Shown here piece by piece: positions 26,601 to 35,029 of a DNA stretch of 64,000 bases. The DNA comes from an uncultured euryarchaeote. Lineage in GTDB: Archaea; Thermoplasmatota; Poseidoniia; Poseidoniales; Poseidoniaceae. How positions within the stretch are numbered: the stretch's first letter is position 1; every line of letters begins with the position of its first letter. Location: contig CALBFP010000296.1 in NCBI GenBank assembly GCA_937894115.1, forward strand, positions 5,275 to 69,274. Reading direction: 5' to 3'. Under the pieces are notes generated by a model. It saw only the letters and a program-made list of their open reading frames with translations. It was not told where the DNA came from and did not search any database. The translations under genes were made by a program, and so were the position numbers.

Positions 26601-28101
26601 AATGGCCCCACCGGCCCCAGCTGAAGTTGTCCTTCCGGACCTTGAACAGTGGGTGACATTGCTGGAACTTGATGATGCAATTGGTGATGAAACAGGAGAT
26701 GGGGATTACATCTATCCGCTTTCAAGCGACTTTGCAACTCCGAACAACGGTGGTTTATGGGACGCCAAGAAACTGACGATTCGTCAAAGTGCTTGGAATG
26801 CGCAGTTTATTCTCGAGATGGATGAGATGACCGACATATGGGGCCTTAGCAACGGTTTCAGTCATCAAATCGTTCAAATTTATGTGGATCAAGGGGAGAC
26901 ATCTTACGGTTCAACTGAAATGCTCAGTGGAGCCAACGCTCTCATTGATGACGCTTGGGCTTGGGAAGTTGCCATCAGTGGTACAGGTGAACCCGGAGCG
27001 GTACTTGCTGTCCAATCTCAGACCGGGAGTACATCCTCTCGCGGTGTCGATGTTTCTGGTGATGTCGATGCAAAGACGATTACCTTCACCGTTAGCAAGG
27101 ACGTTATCGGAGACGACATACCGAATTACCGATACATTGTCGTCATCGGAAGTCAAGACGGTTTCGGTACAGGTAAATGGCGAGATGTTGACGCATCACC
27201 TTCAACGTGGACGCTGGGTGGAGGTTCCGATCCTGCGTCGGATGATGGAATCGACTATGACCCCAACGTTATCGACATGATTCTCAACGGTTCAGGTCAA
27301 GAGGCGATGCTTTCTTCCTACGATGTTGAAGGACACGTTTATGCGAAACTCACCGGTTTTGAAATGCCGGAAATACCGCAACAAATCTTTGGCGCGTCGA
27401 TTGAAACAGTGACCTCGTCTAGTGCTGTAATCACATGGTCGACGACGGTTTCGGATTCCACTTCGATTCAATATGCTCCAGCAGACGTGGAACCTGAGGA
27501 TTCAACAACAAATCGATTTGAGACTCCTACAGGAACCGATCATGCCATCACATTAACAGGTCTGGATGTCGGTACTTCGTATTGGGTTTTTATCCGAGCA
27601 AACAACTCAGAGGATGTTCTCTTGTACTTCAATACCAGCATTGTTGTAGACGAAACCCCGCCAGAACTTCTGAATTTGGATGCAGAGGTGCTTGAAGATG
27701 GACGTATCAAAGTTGAATGGTACACTTCAGAAAGCGCTACAGAAGAAGTTCTAGTAGGAGGAACTGTCATCCATACCGATGAATTTGCAACCAACAAGAA
27801 CCATCAATATGTTACAGAAACCTACGCAAATGGAGACTACACAATTGTAGTCCGAAGTGCCGATGCATCAGGGAACATGAACGAGAGCAGCATCTCCATC
27901 ACCGTCGACATCGAAGGTTCAAATGTCGAATCAAATCCGTCGATGTCGAACGATACAAACAACACGATTGAAGGTGATGAGAACGCATCAATGCTCTCAA
28001 ACGGAATTCTTCAGATTGGTATCCTCCTCACGGTCTTGGTTCTCCTTGTTGCCTTCGTTCGTGTTCGAAACGGACACGATGGTGATGACAAATGGAACTA
28101 A
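23632..28101 (+). CDS. membrane-anchored GH57 alpha-glucan hydrolase (amylopullulanase/alpha-amylase-like) with carbohydrate-binding-like, glucodextranase-C-like and FN3-like modules
   Basis: It has a signal peptide. The five GH57 regions are VFHQHQPYY, GQVELTTTPYYHPIMPLL, WPSEEAVS, ALDGENW and AEGSDWFWWYG. A GDGDYIYP...WDAKKLTI block resembles the glucodextranase C domain. The C-terminus is a TM helix. Confidence 0.85.
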   Translation: MRRSAVVLAMLFVTSTLGVFSVGLTPSTITVDGDLSDWDSDSQMSSSNIDLHLTWDATNLYIGWDGTDWKATSEGADLFVYFNTTNAGSVLSKDWGFSHTLPFAADYGFVLEDDSYFRLIAYDGTSWVESSAVVDLYAGWSGNKVTEFSIPWSELGSPTSLDVVMYAQWQNEGNVWVSFPEQNPASNNGAETFTHAWHIDNVDNVTNPSQLPVVQPAAAGKVDDALNLAIVFHQHQPYYKNKLTGMYEMPWVRVHAMTEYVDSPGILADTNTKVTYNLVPSFIEQLVDYHEQETLDVHTDIAKRSWATGGYPNATDLELHTMQFQSFWNSGWIYNVSAEDSKLGWLYPSSDRYKELYDATLHNLKPATIMNDDLLPPQDFLDLQVLWYLYQFSPDYVLGTYNSSHRDQGLIDLFMQNGNYDLADLNYVLDAQHAHMGNVLPMYSELAAQGQVELTTTPYYHPIMPLLMMDGWTMEDGIRVNKEAWPEDVQNHLITGMDLFEQELGFRPTGMWPSEEAVSPAMVQPVTDVGIEWMVTDEEILKQSTDQNGASIDVEDATNLATPWKVTGVDGGEVAVIFRDRVISDRIAFQYGTMTPEAAVSDFIAYLDNIRQQLLDAGEDPSEHLLTVALDGENWMFMSEFQHQDNARPFMAEWYGRLATHPTIVTTTPSEFLETEPTLPEIQTIGTGSWIDGTLRTWAGEEEESLAWQRLVEARQKLVKFEEDYPNDPGLEAAWESLYIAEGSDWFWWYGLDQDSGYDENWDVLFKVHLSNIYRAVNLDLPPYLQDLWTNPAVPLPAASAIIEPMIDGVALPGEWDGAARYEAPVEGDPFDIEEFYIGYDASNVFVRVDATTVDQLANMSLDGASPDLALYFMQPNAVNFNEAETNFRTYYGNQILGFPSKYMVAFDFDTLRDDGRAKWSLFSAKGKNGDQEQWVRTGSSSLGGCAAQDVYEFIIPWSEIGLAPRYSTRIKVVASLANSLAYGDGVDKEMAPPAPAEVVLPDLEQWVTLLELDDAIGDETGDGDYIYPLSSDFATPNNGGLWDAKKLTIRQSAWNAQFILEMDEMTDIWGLSNGFSHQIVQIYVDQGETSYGSTEMLSGANALIDDAWAWEVAISGTGEPGAVLAVQSQTGSTSSRGVDVSGDVDAKTITFTVSKDVIGDDIPNYRYIVVIGSQDGFGTGKWRDVDASPSTWTLGGGSDPASDDGIDYDPNVIDMILNGSGQEAMLSSYDVEGHVYAKLTGFEMPEIPQQIFGASIETVTSSSAVITWSTTVSDSTSIQYAPADVEPEDSTTNRFETPTGTDHAITLTGLDVGTSYWVFIRANNSEDVLLYFNTSIVVDETPPELLNLDAEVLEDGRIKVEWYTSESATEEVLVGGTVIHTDEFATNKNHQYVTETYANGDYTIVVRSADASGNMNESSISITVDIEGSNVESNPSMSNDTNNTIEGDENASMLSNGILQIGILLTVLVLLVAFVRVRNGHDGDDKWN

Positions 28102-28511
28102 TCTTTTGATGAACGAATTTCAGGAATCCACTCGCCCAAATAAGCTGCGATACCGATCATGGCCAATTGTGCAAGACCACGCAACACGTGCGCCCATTGC
28201 GTAAACGTGTTTCCATCCAAGGGAATGTCGTTAATCCACATGTTGAGATTTCCCCAATACAAGACAATGAGAAGCAAAACAGTCGCTTTACCCGCAACTT
28301 TACGAGTGCGCGGAACGATCAATCCTATTCCACACAAAACCTCAGGAATACCGCTCACGATGACCCAAAATTCCGCACCGAAGGGAAGAATTTCCGGGAC
28401 AATAGGGGTGAACCACTCAACATTGGTGAAATGCATTATTCCAACATTGAGGAAAAACAGACCCAAACCGATTCCAAGGGCATCTTTGTGATACCGCCAA
28501 ACGTGTTTCAT
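28098..28511 (-). CDS. DoxX-family small membrane protein
   Basis: 137 aa with four hydrophobic helices and DoxX-like spacing. It is coupled to the upstream DRG gene by a 4-nt overlap. Confidence 0.55.
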   Translation of the reverse strand: MKHVWRYHKDALGIGLGLFFLNVGIMHFTNVEWFTPIVPEILPFGAEFWVIVSGIPEVLCGIGLIVPRTRKVAGKATVLLLIVLYWGNLNMWINDIPLDGNTFTQWAHVLRGLAQLAMIGIAAYLGEWIPEIRSSKD

Positions 28512-29623
28512 CGTTTCACCACGATGGTTAACAGATCACCATCTTTGAGTTGGTGATCGAGCCCAACTCGCTGCCAGTCAAATTTTGCAGATGGCCCTTT
28601 AATGCGACCAAATCGAAACTTCCGCACGAAGTCGCGATGCAATTTGTTGCAAATGGTTTCTACAGTCGAGTCGTCTTTAACGATCAATGGTTCTTCCAAA
28701 TCGGCTTCTTGACCTTGAGGCTTGAGAAAGACACGCATGAAGCCAAGATTGTCGTAAATGAAATCCTTCAATTCGGTCAGACCAATGTCTTTGAAAGCTG
28801 AAATTTCCATAATGGGCCAATCTTCTGGTAAGCCTGATCTTGCTCGTTGAATGTCTTCAGGAGTTGCAATATCGATTTTGTTGATGGCAATCACGGCTTT
28901 TTCATAGACGATGTTCCCTGCAAGACAATCGACGATCTGCTCAGCAGTTGTGTTCTGTCGAAGGGTTACGATGGCAGAAGTATAACCAAACGATCGAATG
29001 ATTTCTCCCATTTCTTCAGGTGTTAGATGGGTTTGTTCCACGGTCGTTCGTACATCGATACCTCCCTTGTCGACACGTTTGATGAAAACAGGTGGTTTTT
29101 GCTGATTCAACCGCAGTCCAGAGTTGTGCAATTCACGGTGAAGGACACTAAAATGCCCGTCTTGGAACGGATCGACAATGTAGAGAACCATGTCCGATGA
29201 ACGAATGACGTTGAGGATTTCTTTTCCTCGCCCCTTTCCTTCTGCAGCCCCTTTGATAAGACCTGGAAGATCGAGAATCTGAATCTTTGCACCACGGTGC
29301 TCCATTACACCAGGAATGCATGTCAACGTTGTGAAGGCATAGCCACCTGTCTCCGATTGAGCATCAGTGACTTTGGAAATGAGCGTGGATTTCCCAACGG
29401 AGGGGAAACCAACCAATGAAACGGTAGCATCTCCAGATTTTTTGACTTCAAATCCCTTGCCACCACCGCTGGCTTTCGAGTGTGCTGCTGCTTTTTCTTC
29501 TTTGATTTTCAATTGGGCAATTTTCGCTTTCAATTTTCCAATGTGGGCGTTCGTAGCTTTGTTTTTCTGCGTCTTGTCAATCTCGGCGCGAATCATTTCG
29601 ATTTGCTCCTTAATCGTCGCCAC
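28508..29623 (-). CDS. developmentally regulated GTP-binding protein (DRG/Rbg family) with TGS domain
   Basis: G1 is GFPSVGKST, G3 is DLPGLI and G4 is NKID. The C-terminal TGS-like end reads DHQLKDGDLLTIV. Confidence 0.9.
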   Translation of the reverse strand: MATIKEQIEMIRAEIDKTQKNKATNAHIGKLKAKIAQLKIKEEKAAAHSKASGGGKGFEVKKSGDATVSLVGFPSVGKSTLISKVTDAQSETGGYAFTTLTCIPGVMEHRGAKIQILDLPGLIKGAAEGKGRGKEILNVIRSSDMVLYIVDPFQDGHFSVLHRELHNSGLRLNQQKPPVFIKRVDKGGIDVRTTVEQTHLTPEEMGEIIRSFGYTSAIVTLRQNTTAEQIVDCLAGNIVYEKAVIAINKIDIATPEDIQRARSGLPEDWPIMEISAFKDIGLTELKDFIYDNLGFMRVFLKPQGQEADLEEPLIVKDDSTVETICNKLHRDFVRKFRFGRIKGPSAKFDWQRVGLDHQLKDGDLLTIVVKR

Positions 29624-29754
29624 AAGAACCCCCCTGCTTTCTTGGAACAGCCCTTGTTCTTCAAGGCTGTTGCCTTTTCTTTCTGATTTTTTCCAAACCC
29701 TTGTATTCCTGAGCAGCCGAATGCCTCAAAGAAGGGCTGTCCTTGGATTAACTC

Positions 29755-30471
29755 ATGGGCATTGAAACCATCGTTCTCCTCGTCGATGTCCCGAGCCTTA
29801 GGGAACTGGTTTCTTCCTCTTGGAGCGATGTCTACACTGGTTTGGACAAACGCATGCTGAGATCGATTCGCCCTTCTCAAGATTCGCGTTTGAAAGTCAA
29901 TTTTGATATTGATGCTGAAGCGGAGTTGTTGGATTGGATGGATACACAAAACCGAGAATTGAATGATTCCGCCTCATTTTGGTCATGCCTGCAAAGTTCG
30001 GGTGATGGCGAGAAAGGCTTGCTGTTGGCTATGCAATGGGCCAGTCCAGGTGCTTGGGAAGCATGGGAAGGGCGCGCCTACATGTACCTCGACGTTGCAT
30101 TAGCCAAGACGATTGAAGGGGAAGCAGAATTGTATGCAGGAGAGACATGGGACCGGGTTTGTCAAGCACTTGGAAACCTCCCTGAACAAGAATATGCGGA
30201 GCGTGTTTGTCTTGATTGGATGGAGCGCCGAAAAGAACTAGGGGAAACGATGGATGAAAAGGAAGACCCAAGAATCGTGCCGACATTTGAAGCCCATGAT
30301 CGGGCTGCAAAGGCACTTGTGCACACGATGACTCGTTGGAGTAATGAGGCCAATCTTGTTGCTATTATTGGTCGGGATCACCTTGAAGCCCGCAAGTGGG
30401 GGACGTTTTCATGGAATCTCTCTACTGTAATTGCCAATGAACTCCCTGAAGACACAACAGCGTCGGGTTGA
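29755..30471 (+). CDS. hypothetical protein
   Basis: 238-aa ORF, with the first ATG after an in-frame TAA. I found no confident motif. AIIGRDHLEARKWG is only vaguely TraB/ChaN-like. Confidence 0.45.
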   Translation: MGIETIVLLVDVPSLRELVSSSWSDVYTGLDKRMLRSIRPSQDSRLKVNFDIDAEAELLDWMDTQNRELNDSASFWSCLQSSGDGEKGLLLAMQWASPGAWEAWEGRAYMYLDVALAKTIEGEAELYAGETWDRVCQALGNLPEQEYAERVCLDWMERRKELGETMDEKEDPRIVPTFEAHDRAAKALVHTMTRWSNEANLVAIIGRDHLEARKWGTFSWNLSTVIANELPEDTTASG

Positions 30472-30497
30472 AAGACCACATCAGTATCGGTGGAATC

Positions 30498-31067
30498 ATG
30501 GCAGAGGAAAACGAAGACCTTCCTTCAGATGAAACACCTGATGCCTACGATGACGAAAACCCCTCGTTTGACGAGGTCGGTGAACAGATGGATTTGTCGG
30601 ATCATGTAGAACCGGTCGACCCCCTTGAAGAGGCACTTCAGAGAGCAGAAACCGCTGAAAAGGAAATCGCTTACAAGGATGCTGAAATACAAAACGTTCG
30701 CAAGCGTTTGATGGCTGAAAAGTCCTCCCTCATTCAATACGGTGGAATGGGACTTGCACGTCGTATGATACCGATTCTCAACGATGTTGACCGAGCGCTT
30801 GGTCAAGTCGATGAAGACGATGAATCTCCCATAGCACAAGGACTTCGTTTGCTGCGAAACAAGCTTTGGAGAGAACTTGAGGCTGATGGAATCAAAGCCA
30901 TAGAAGCGAAAGGACAACAATTTGATCCCTCCAACATGGAAGCCATTACGACACTTCCAGCCTCGGAGCAATACCCTGCAGGAATCGTCATCGATGTACT
31001 TGAACCCGGTTACATGTACAAAGAGCGCGTGTTGCGCGCTGCCCGAGTTGTTGTGGCGACCGAATAA
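30498..31067 (+). CDS. grpE: nucleotide exchange factor GrpE
   Basis: An acidic N-terminus is followed by the coiled region EKEIAYKDAEIQNVRKRLMAEK. A C-terminal beta domain reads GQQFDPSNMEAI...GYMYKERVLRAARVVV. The start is taken at ATG 30498; the track TTG is at 30468. Confidence 0.88.
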   Translation: MAEENEDLPSDETPDAYDDENPSFDEVGEQMDLSDHVEPVDPLEEALQRAETAEKEIAYKDAEIQNVRKRLMAEKSSLIQYGGMGLARRMIPILNDVDRALGQVDEDDESPIAQGLRLLRNKLWRELEADGIKAIEAKGQQFDPSNMEAITTLPASEQYPAGIVIDVLEPGYMYKERVLRAARVVVATE

Positions 31068-31616
31068 TCAACCAGCATGTGGGCTGGAGTTGATTTGTGA
31101 AAACCGATACAAGCCATCGGCTTCAACGAGCCACTCGATGATGGCTTGCGGTAGGGTTGGAGCAAGAACCATCCGTGTTGCGTCATCATCGTAAACGGTT
31201 GAGAGCATCATACAAGTTTGACGAACACGCCAGCCTTCGAATTGCTCACGCTCGTGTAAATCCACCCAGGTGACTGGGAAGTTCTTTGCCTCATAGAGTT
31301 GTTTTGTTTCCAAGTCGGATGTGACGAGTGTTCCTTCCCCATGGAGATCAGTAGCGTATTCAACCCAGTTCGGAGGGTCGTTGAGATCGTCAATTCCGAC
31401 GATTTTAATACGCTCTTGATGCCCGTTCGATGTGCACCAAGAGTTGATCATATCGGTCCTTTCTTGAACCGAGAACGGGTTGTCAACAGTCCATTCATCC
31501 TGGGCCGAACCAATCGCAATGGTAACGTTATCGAACAAATCCAGTGCAGTTTCAACCAAATAGGCATGACCGTTATGAAACGGTTGAAAACGCCCGAGTA
31601 CGATTCCTTTGCCCAT
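31068..31616 (-). CDS. nicotinamide-nucleotide adenylyltransferase (archaeal type)
   Basis: The N-terminal nucleotidyltransferase motif is GIVLGRFQPFHNGHAYLV. Its size of 182 aa is typical. Confidence 0.85.
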   Translation of the reverse strand: MGKGIVLGRFQPFHNGHAYLVETALDLFDNVTIAIGSAQDEWTVDNPFSVQERTDMINSWCTSNGHQERIKIVGIDDLNDPPNWVEYATDLHGEGTLVTSDLETKQLYEAKNFPVTWVDLHEREQFEGWRVRQTCMMLSTVYDDDATRMVLAPTLPQAIIEWLVEADGLYRFSQINSSPHAG

Positions 31617-31619
31617 GAT

Positions 31620-32804
31620 TCACGCAAAGTAGGAAGCAACATCAACGTTTGGAAGTTCATGCCCCATTTCTCTGAAGCATTCGATCATTCGTTTGCACCC
31701 TTCAATCATTTCCTCAACGCTGGTGGTACCCATGCTTCCAATTCGGAACATTTTGCCCTTCAGGTGGTCTTGTGCACCGATTACTTGAGTTTGATACTCT
31801 CGTTTGAGTTTGTTTCGCCAAGAATCGTCGATACCTTCAGGATACATGATGGCGGTAACGGTATCGCTTTGTTGACCTCCATCAGCTAAGAGCATAAAGC
31901 CGAGGTCGGAAAACAATGCCCGAACACCACTCGCAAGATGTGCGCAACGATTCCATCGGTTCTCAAGTCCTTCATCCTCGAGTTCTCGAAGTGATGCCGC
32001 CCAACCCATTGCAAGGTTGATTGCAGGCGTCCATGGCGTCTGGTCATCGTTGCCTTTTTTGATTGCAGATACCAAATCAAGGTAGTAAACAGGATTTGAA
32101 TCACCCTGCTGGCGTATTGTATGCACGCGTTCAACGAAATGTTCGTTGATGGCAATTGCGGCGATTCCGCTCGGACCTGCTGTGCATTTTTGAGCACCCA
32201 TGACCACGGCTTCTGCGTTCCACAATGCTGGATGCACTGGAAGTCCACCGACAGAGGTTATCCCGTCAAGGATGAATGCGACGTTGTACTCTTGACACAT
32301 TTGTGCCAGTGCTGCAGCGTCTTGAGTTATTCCTGAACTTGTTTCATTATGACAGATAAGGAGCGCTTCAAAGGTCCCGCGTCCGAGTTGTTCCTCCAAT
32401 TCCATCAAATCGAAACTGCGCCCCCATTCGTATGCGATGTGTTTGATTTGACAGTATTGTTTGCAGATGTCTGCGACACGCTCACCGAACTTTCCGTTGG
32501 TTGGTACAAGCACTCGATCGTTTGGGCGAAAACGATTGGCAATGACCATCTCCATTGCAGCTGTCCCGCTACCAGAGACTGCGATTACTTTGTAGCCATC
32601 TTCACCAGACCATGATTCAGTACCACGCTCACGAGAGGACGGCGTGAGATTGAATGCTGTTCGCAACCCTGAATTAAGGTCGGCCATTACGTCACGGAAT
32701 TCGGTTCCTCGCGCAGTAATGGCTGGTGTAGCCATAGCTTGGAGACAGGCCTCACTCATTCGAACCGGACCTGGGACGAGGAAGCAGTCACCCTGATGTC
32801 CCAT
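31620..32804 (-). CDS. class V aminotransferase (serine-glyoxylate / alanine-glyoxylate / phosphoserine aminotransferase-like)
   Basis: It shows the PLP fold-type I class V pattern: VSGSGTAAME, ILDGITSVGG and the lysine region GAQKCTAGPSG. Confidence 0.8.
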   Translation of the reverse strand: MGHQGDCFLVPGPVRMSEACLQAMATPAITARGTEFRDVMADLNSGLRTAFNLTPSSRERGTESWSGEDGYKVIAVSGSGTAAMEMVIANRFRPNDRVLVPTNGKFGERVADICKQYCQIKHIAYEWGRSFDLMELEEQLGRGTFEALLICHNETSSGITQDAAALAQMCQEYNVAFILDGITSVGGLPVHPALWNAEAVVMGAQKCTAGPSGIAAIAINEHFVERVHTIRQQGDSNPVYYLDLVSAIKKGNDDQTPWTPAINLAMGWAASLRELEDEGLENRWNRCAHLASGVRALFSDLGFMLLADGGQQSDTVTAIMYPEGIDDSWRNKLKREYQTQVIGAQDHLKGKMFRIGSMGTTSVEEMIEGCKRMIECFREMGHELPNVDVASYFA

Positions 32805-32912
32805 GTGTCGGGGCTATCGCTTCAGGTTTTTGAATCAAAGCACGAATGCCCTAGACAAATCCCCGTTTGCATCAATGCTAGGTGCTAAAGACGGGTATCA
32901 CCAGCCAGAGGT

Positions 32913-33605
32913 ATGATGCGGGTTGGGCTTGCGATGTTGCAAGGCGCTCGTCATGAGCACGAGGAGGCCGTACTTTCAACCGCTATGAGTTTGAATCTCG
33001 ATGTGGAAGTGATTCCGTTGCGCAAAGCCGAAGATCTCGATTCGAGCATTCAAGGTCTGATTTTACCCGGTGGTGAGTCCACAACAATGCGCATTGCATC
33101 GCGTTACGAAGGGCTGTTGGATTCAATTTACGAATGGATGGAAACGCATCCAGACCGACCAGTTTTGGGCACGTGCGCCGGAGCAATCCTGCTCGCAGTT
33201 CCAAGCAAAGGCCGCTCCCCGTTCATACAAGCAAAGATTTCGCGCAATGCTTGGGGACGCCAACGTCAATCCTTTGAAGCCCAAATCGACGTTTCGCTGC
33301 AGCAAGTCGGTGTGACGTCCACAGCAGTTCCTCGAAAACCAGACGCATACGGCCATACGCCGTTGGCCGTGGGTGGAATAAATTCTCCATCTGGTGATGG
33401 TTTTTTTCCCGGCGTGTTCATTCGAGCACCACGGTTTGATGCTGAAGGCATAAAATGTGAGATTATCGCTCGATTCGGAGATGAAATCGTTGGGGTTCGC
33501 GACGGCTCAAAGTGTGCTGTGACCTTTCATCCTGAACTGACTACAGATCGTCGATTTCACGCCTGGTTGTTGGAAGAGATCTCGAGTCTTTCGACAAGCG
33601 ACTGA
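32913..33605 (+). CDS. pdxT: pyridoxal 5'-phosphate synthase glutaminase subunit PdxT
   Basis: Motifs are LQGARHEH, LILPGGESTTM, the nucleophile GTCAGAILL and FHPELT. It carries an insertion of about 30 aa relative to typical PdxT. Confidence 0.85.
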   Translation: MMRVGLAMLQGARHEHEEAVLSTAMSLNLDVEVIPLRKAEDLDSSIQGLILPGGESTTMRIASRYEGLLDSIYEWMETHPDRPVLGTCAGAILLAVPSKGRSPFIQAKISRNAWGRQRQSFEAQIDVSLQQVGVTSTAVPRKPDAYGHTPLAVGGINSPSGDGFFPGVFIRAPRFDAEGIKCEIIARFGDEIVGVRDGSKCAVTFHPELTTDRRFHAWLLEEISSLSTSD

Positions 33606-33726
33606 AGGCAGAGAACTCTTGTCGAGATGTCGATTGTTTCGCACCTTTCTGCTTCCGTTCAGGTATCGAATTCGATGTCGTTGTTTTATCGAAACAATTT
33701 ATACATGTCTGTCATGTTTGAGAAAT

Positions 33727-34986
33727 ATGAGAAAGATAGCGATAATACTTGTTCTTATGATGATGCTCGCAGGATGTACTGAACTCACGGGAGACTCCAC
33801 GGAGTCCACTGAATACACAAATCAAGATTTAGAAGGCTTGTACGTCAGTGCGGGCTTCGGTTTGCAGGTCGACATGAATCCTGACGATACGTATGTTGTA
33901 TACATGTTGCAATTAGAAGATTGCTACGATACAGAAGAAGAAGCAAACTCCGCAATGGAGGAATTGACAACAGACGGAGACTTGGTAGACATGTATGGCC
34001 CCGATGCAACACTTCTGATGTCGGACAACTGTATCTTCGTTCAGGAACCTTTAGAGGAGTCAGGAATAACAATTACAGATTCCTTGAATACGATTTCTGG
34101 TACGCCATACATTGAAATGATCATATCAGAGGAAACCTATGGAAATTTCGTATGCGACAATGGAGAAGCAATTCCTGGTGATTGGGTCAATGACGGCGAG
34201 GCAGATTGCCCAGATGGAGAAGACGAAGCTGAGGGTGCAGAAGATTCACTTGAGACGGTAACCACAGAAGTTACAACCTATCTTGCAGCAGATGGCTATG
34301 GGACAATTGTCTATCCAGAGGGAATGTTGGGTGAAGATTCCCCCGCGTTCTGTATGCACATGGCGCCTCCAGCTGCCATGCAGGCATTTTATCAAACGGT
34401 CGAAGGACTTGACAACCTTACCGATGAAGAACTCGAGGACATTGATCCCGAAGTTCTCTCGACATACCCGAGCATAATCGTTGAATCCTTTGCGGTTTTT
34501 GACCAAAACTTTGCAGACAGTTCGATACCGAGCCTATATGGTACAGCATGTGAGAGTTCGAGCTCAATTCTCGTATCATGGTTCGGTGTTTGGGCAACCT
34601 CGTTGGCAGAAGGCACGACTGATGACAATTTCATGATGTACGATTTCTCAGTTGCAGATGCTGCAGGGACTCCCACTTCAGATAGTGGAGAAGCGCTTGT
34701 TTACGTTTCAATGGATGCTGGAGACGATTTGAATTGGGCCGATATACGTATTCAGATGTCGGTTGATGGAAGTGCTTTCCAGCAATGTACACAACCAGGA
34801 ATGGACGCTGATACTGGCTGCCATGTTACTGACGATGGAGATAACAAGTGGGCATTCGCTGAGGAAGTCACAATAAGTGAAGGTTCGGATGATCTATGCA
34901 GTGGGCCTTGTAATGTTGAACTCCGAATCTTGAATGTTCTTGAGAACACAATTATCTACGATTCAAATGTCAATTATGTTGAATAA
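33727..34986 (+). CDS. secreted acidic lipoprotein, function unknown
   Basis: ATG at 33727 gives MRKIAIILVLMMMLAGC (lipobox). The protein is very D/E/T-rich. It contains CDNGEAIPGDWVNDGEADCPDGEDE. The ORF-track start at 33619 adds an implausible Cys/Arg-rich leader. Confidence 0.65.
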   Translation: MRKIAIILVLMMMLAGCTELTGDSTESTEYTNQDLEGLYVSAGFGLQVDMNPDDTYVVYMLQLEDCYDTEEEANSAMEELTTDGDLVDMYGPDATLLMSDNCIFVQEPLEESGITITDSLNTISGTPYIEMIISEETYGNFVCDNGEAIPGDWVNDGEADCPDGEDEAEGAEDSLETVTTEVTTYLAADGYGTIVYPEGMLGEDSPAFCMHMAPPAAMQAFYQTVEGLDNLTDEELEDIDPEVLSTYPSIIVESFAVFDQNFADSSIPSLYGTACESSSSILVSWFGVWATSLAEGTTDDNFMMYDFSVADAAGTPTSDSGEALVYVSMDAGDDLNWADIRIQMSVDGSAFQQCTQPGMDADTGCHVTDDGDNKWAFAEEVTISEGSDDLCSGPCNVELRILNVLENTIIYDSNVNYVE

Positions 34987-35029
34987 TCCCCAACACTAGA
35001 TTCATTTGAGACCTAAGAGTGGCTCTACT

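Noticed and set aside
29647-29740. A 9-bp inverted repeat, ACAGCCCTT ... AAGGGCTGT, 76 nt apart in the DRG/hypothetical divergent intergenic region.
   Set aside because: It is a single occurrence and does not extend further. It could be a chance match in a 130-bp spacer. No partner regulator or second copy was seen in the window.
30498-31067. grpE without adjacent dnaK/dnaJ.
   Set aside because: The gene looks intact. The chaperone partners are probably elsewhere. Gene order alone is not informative.
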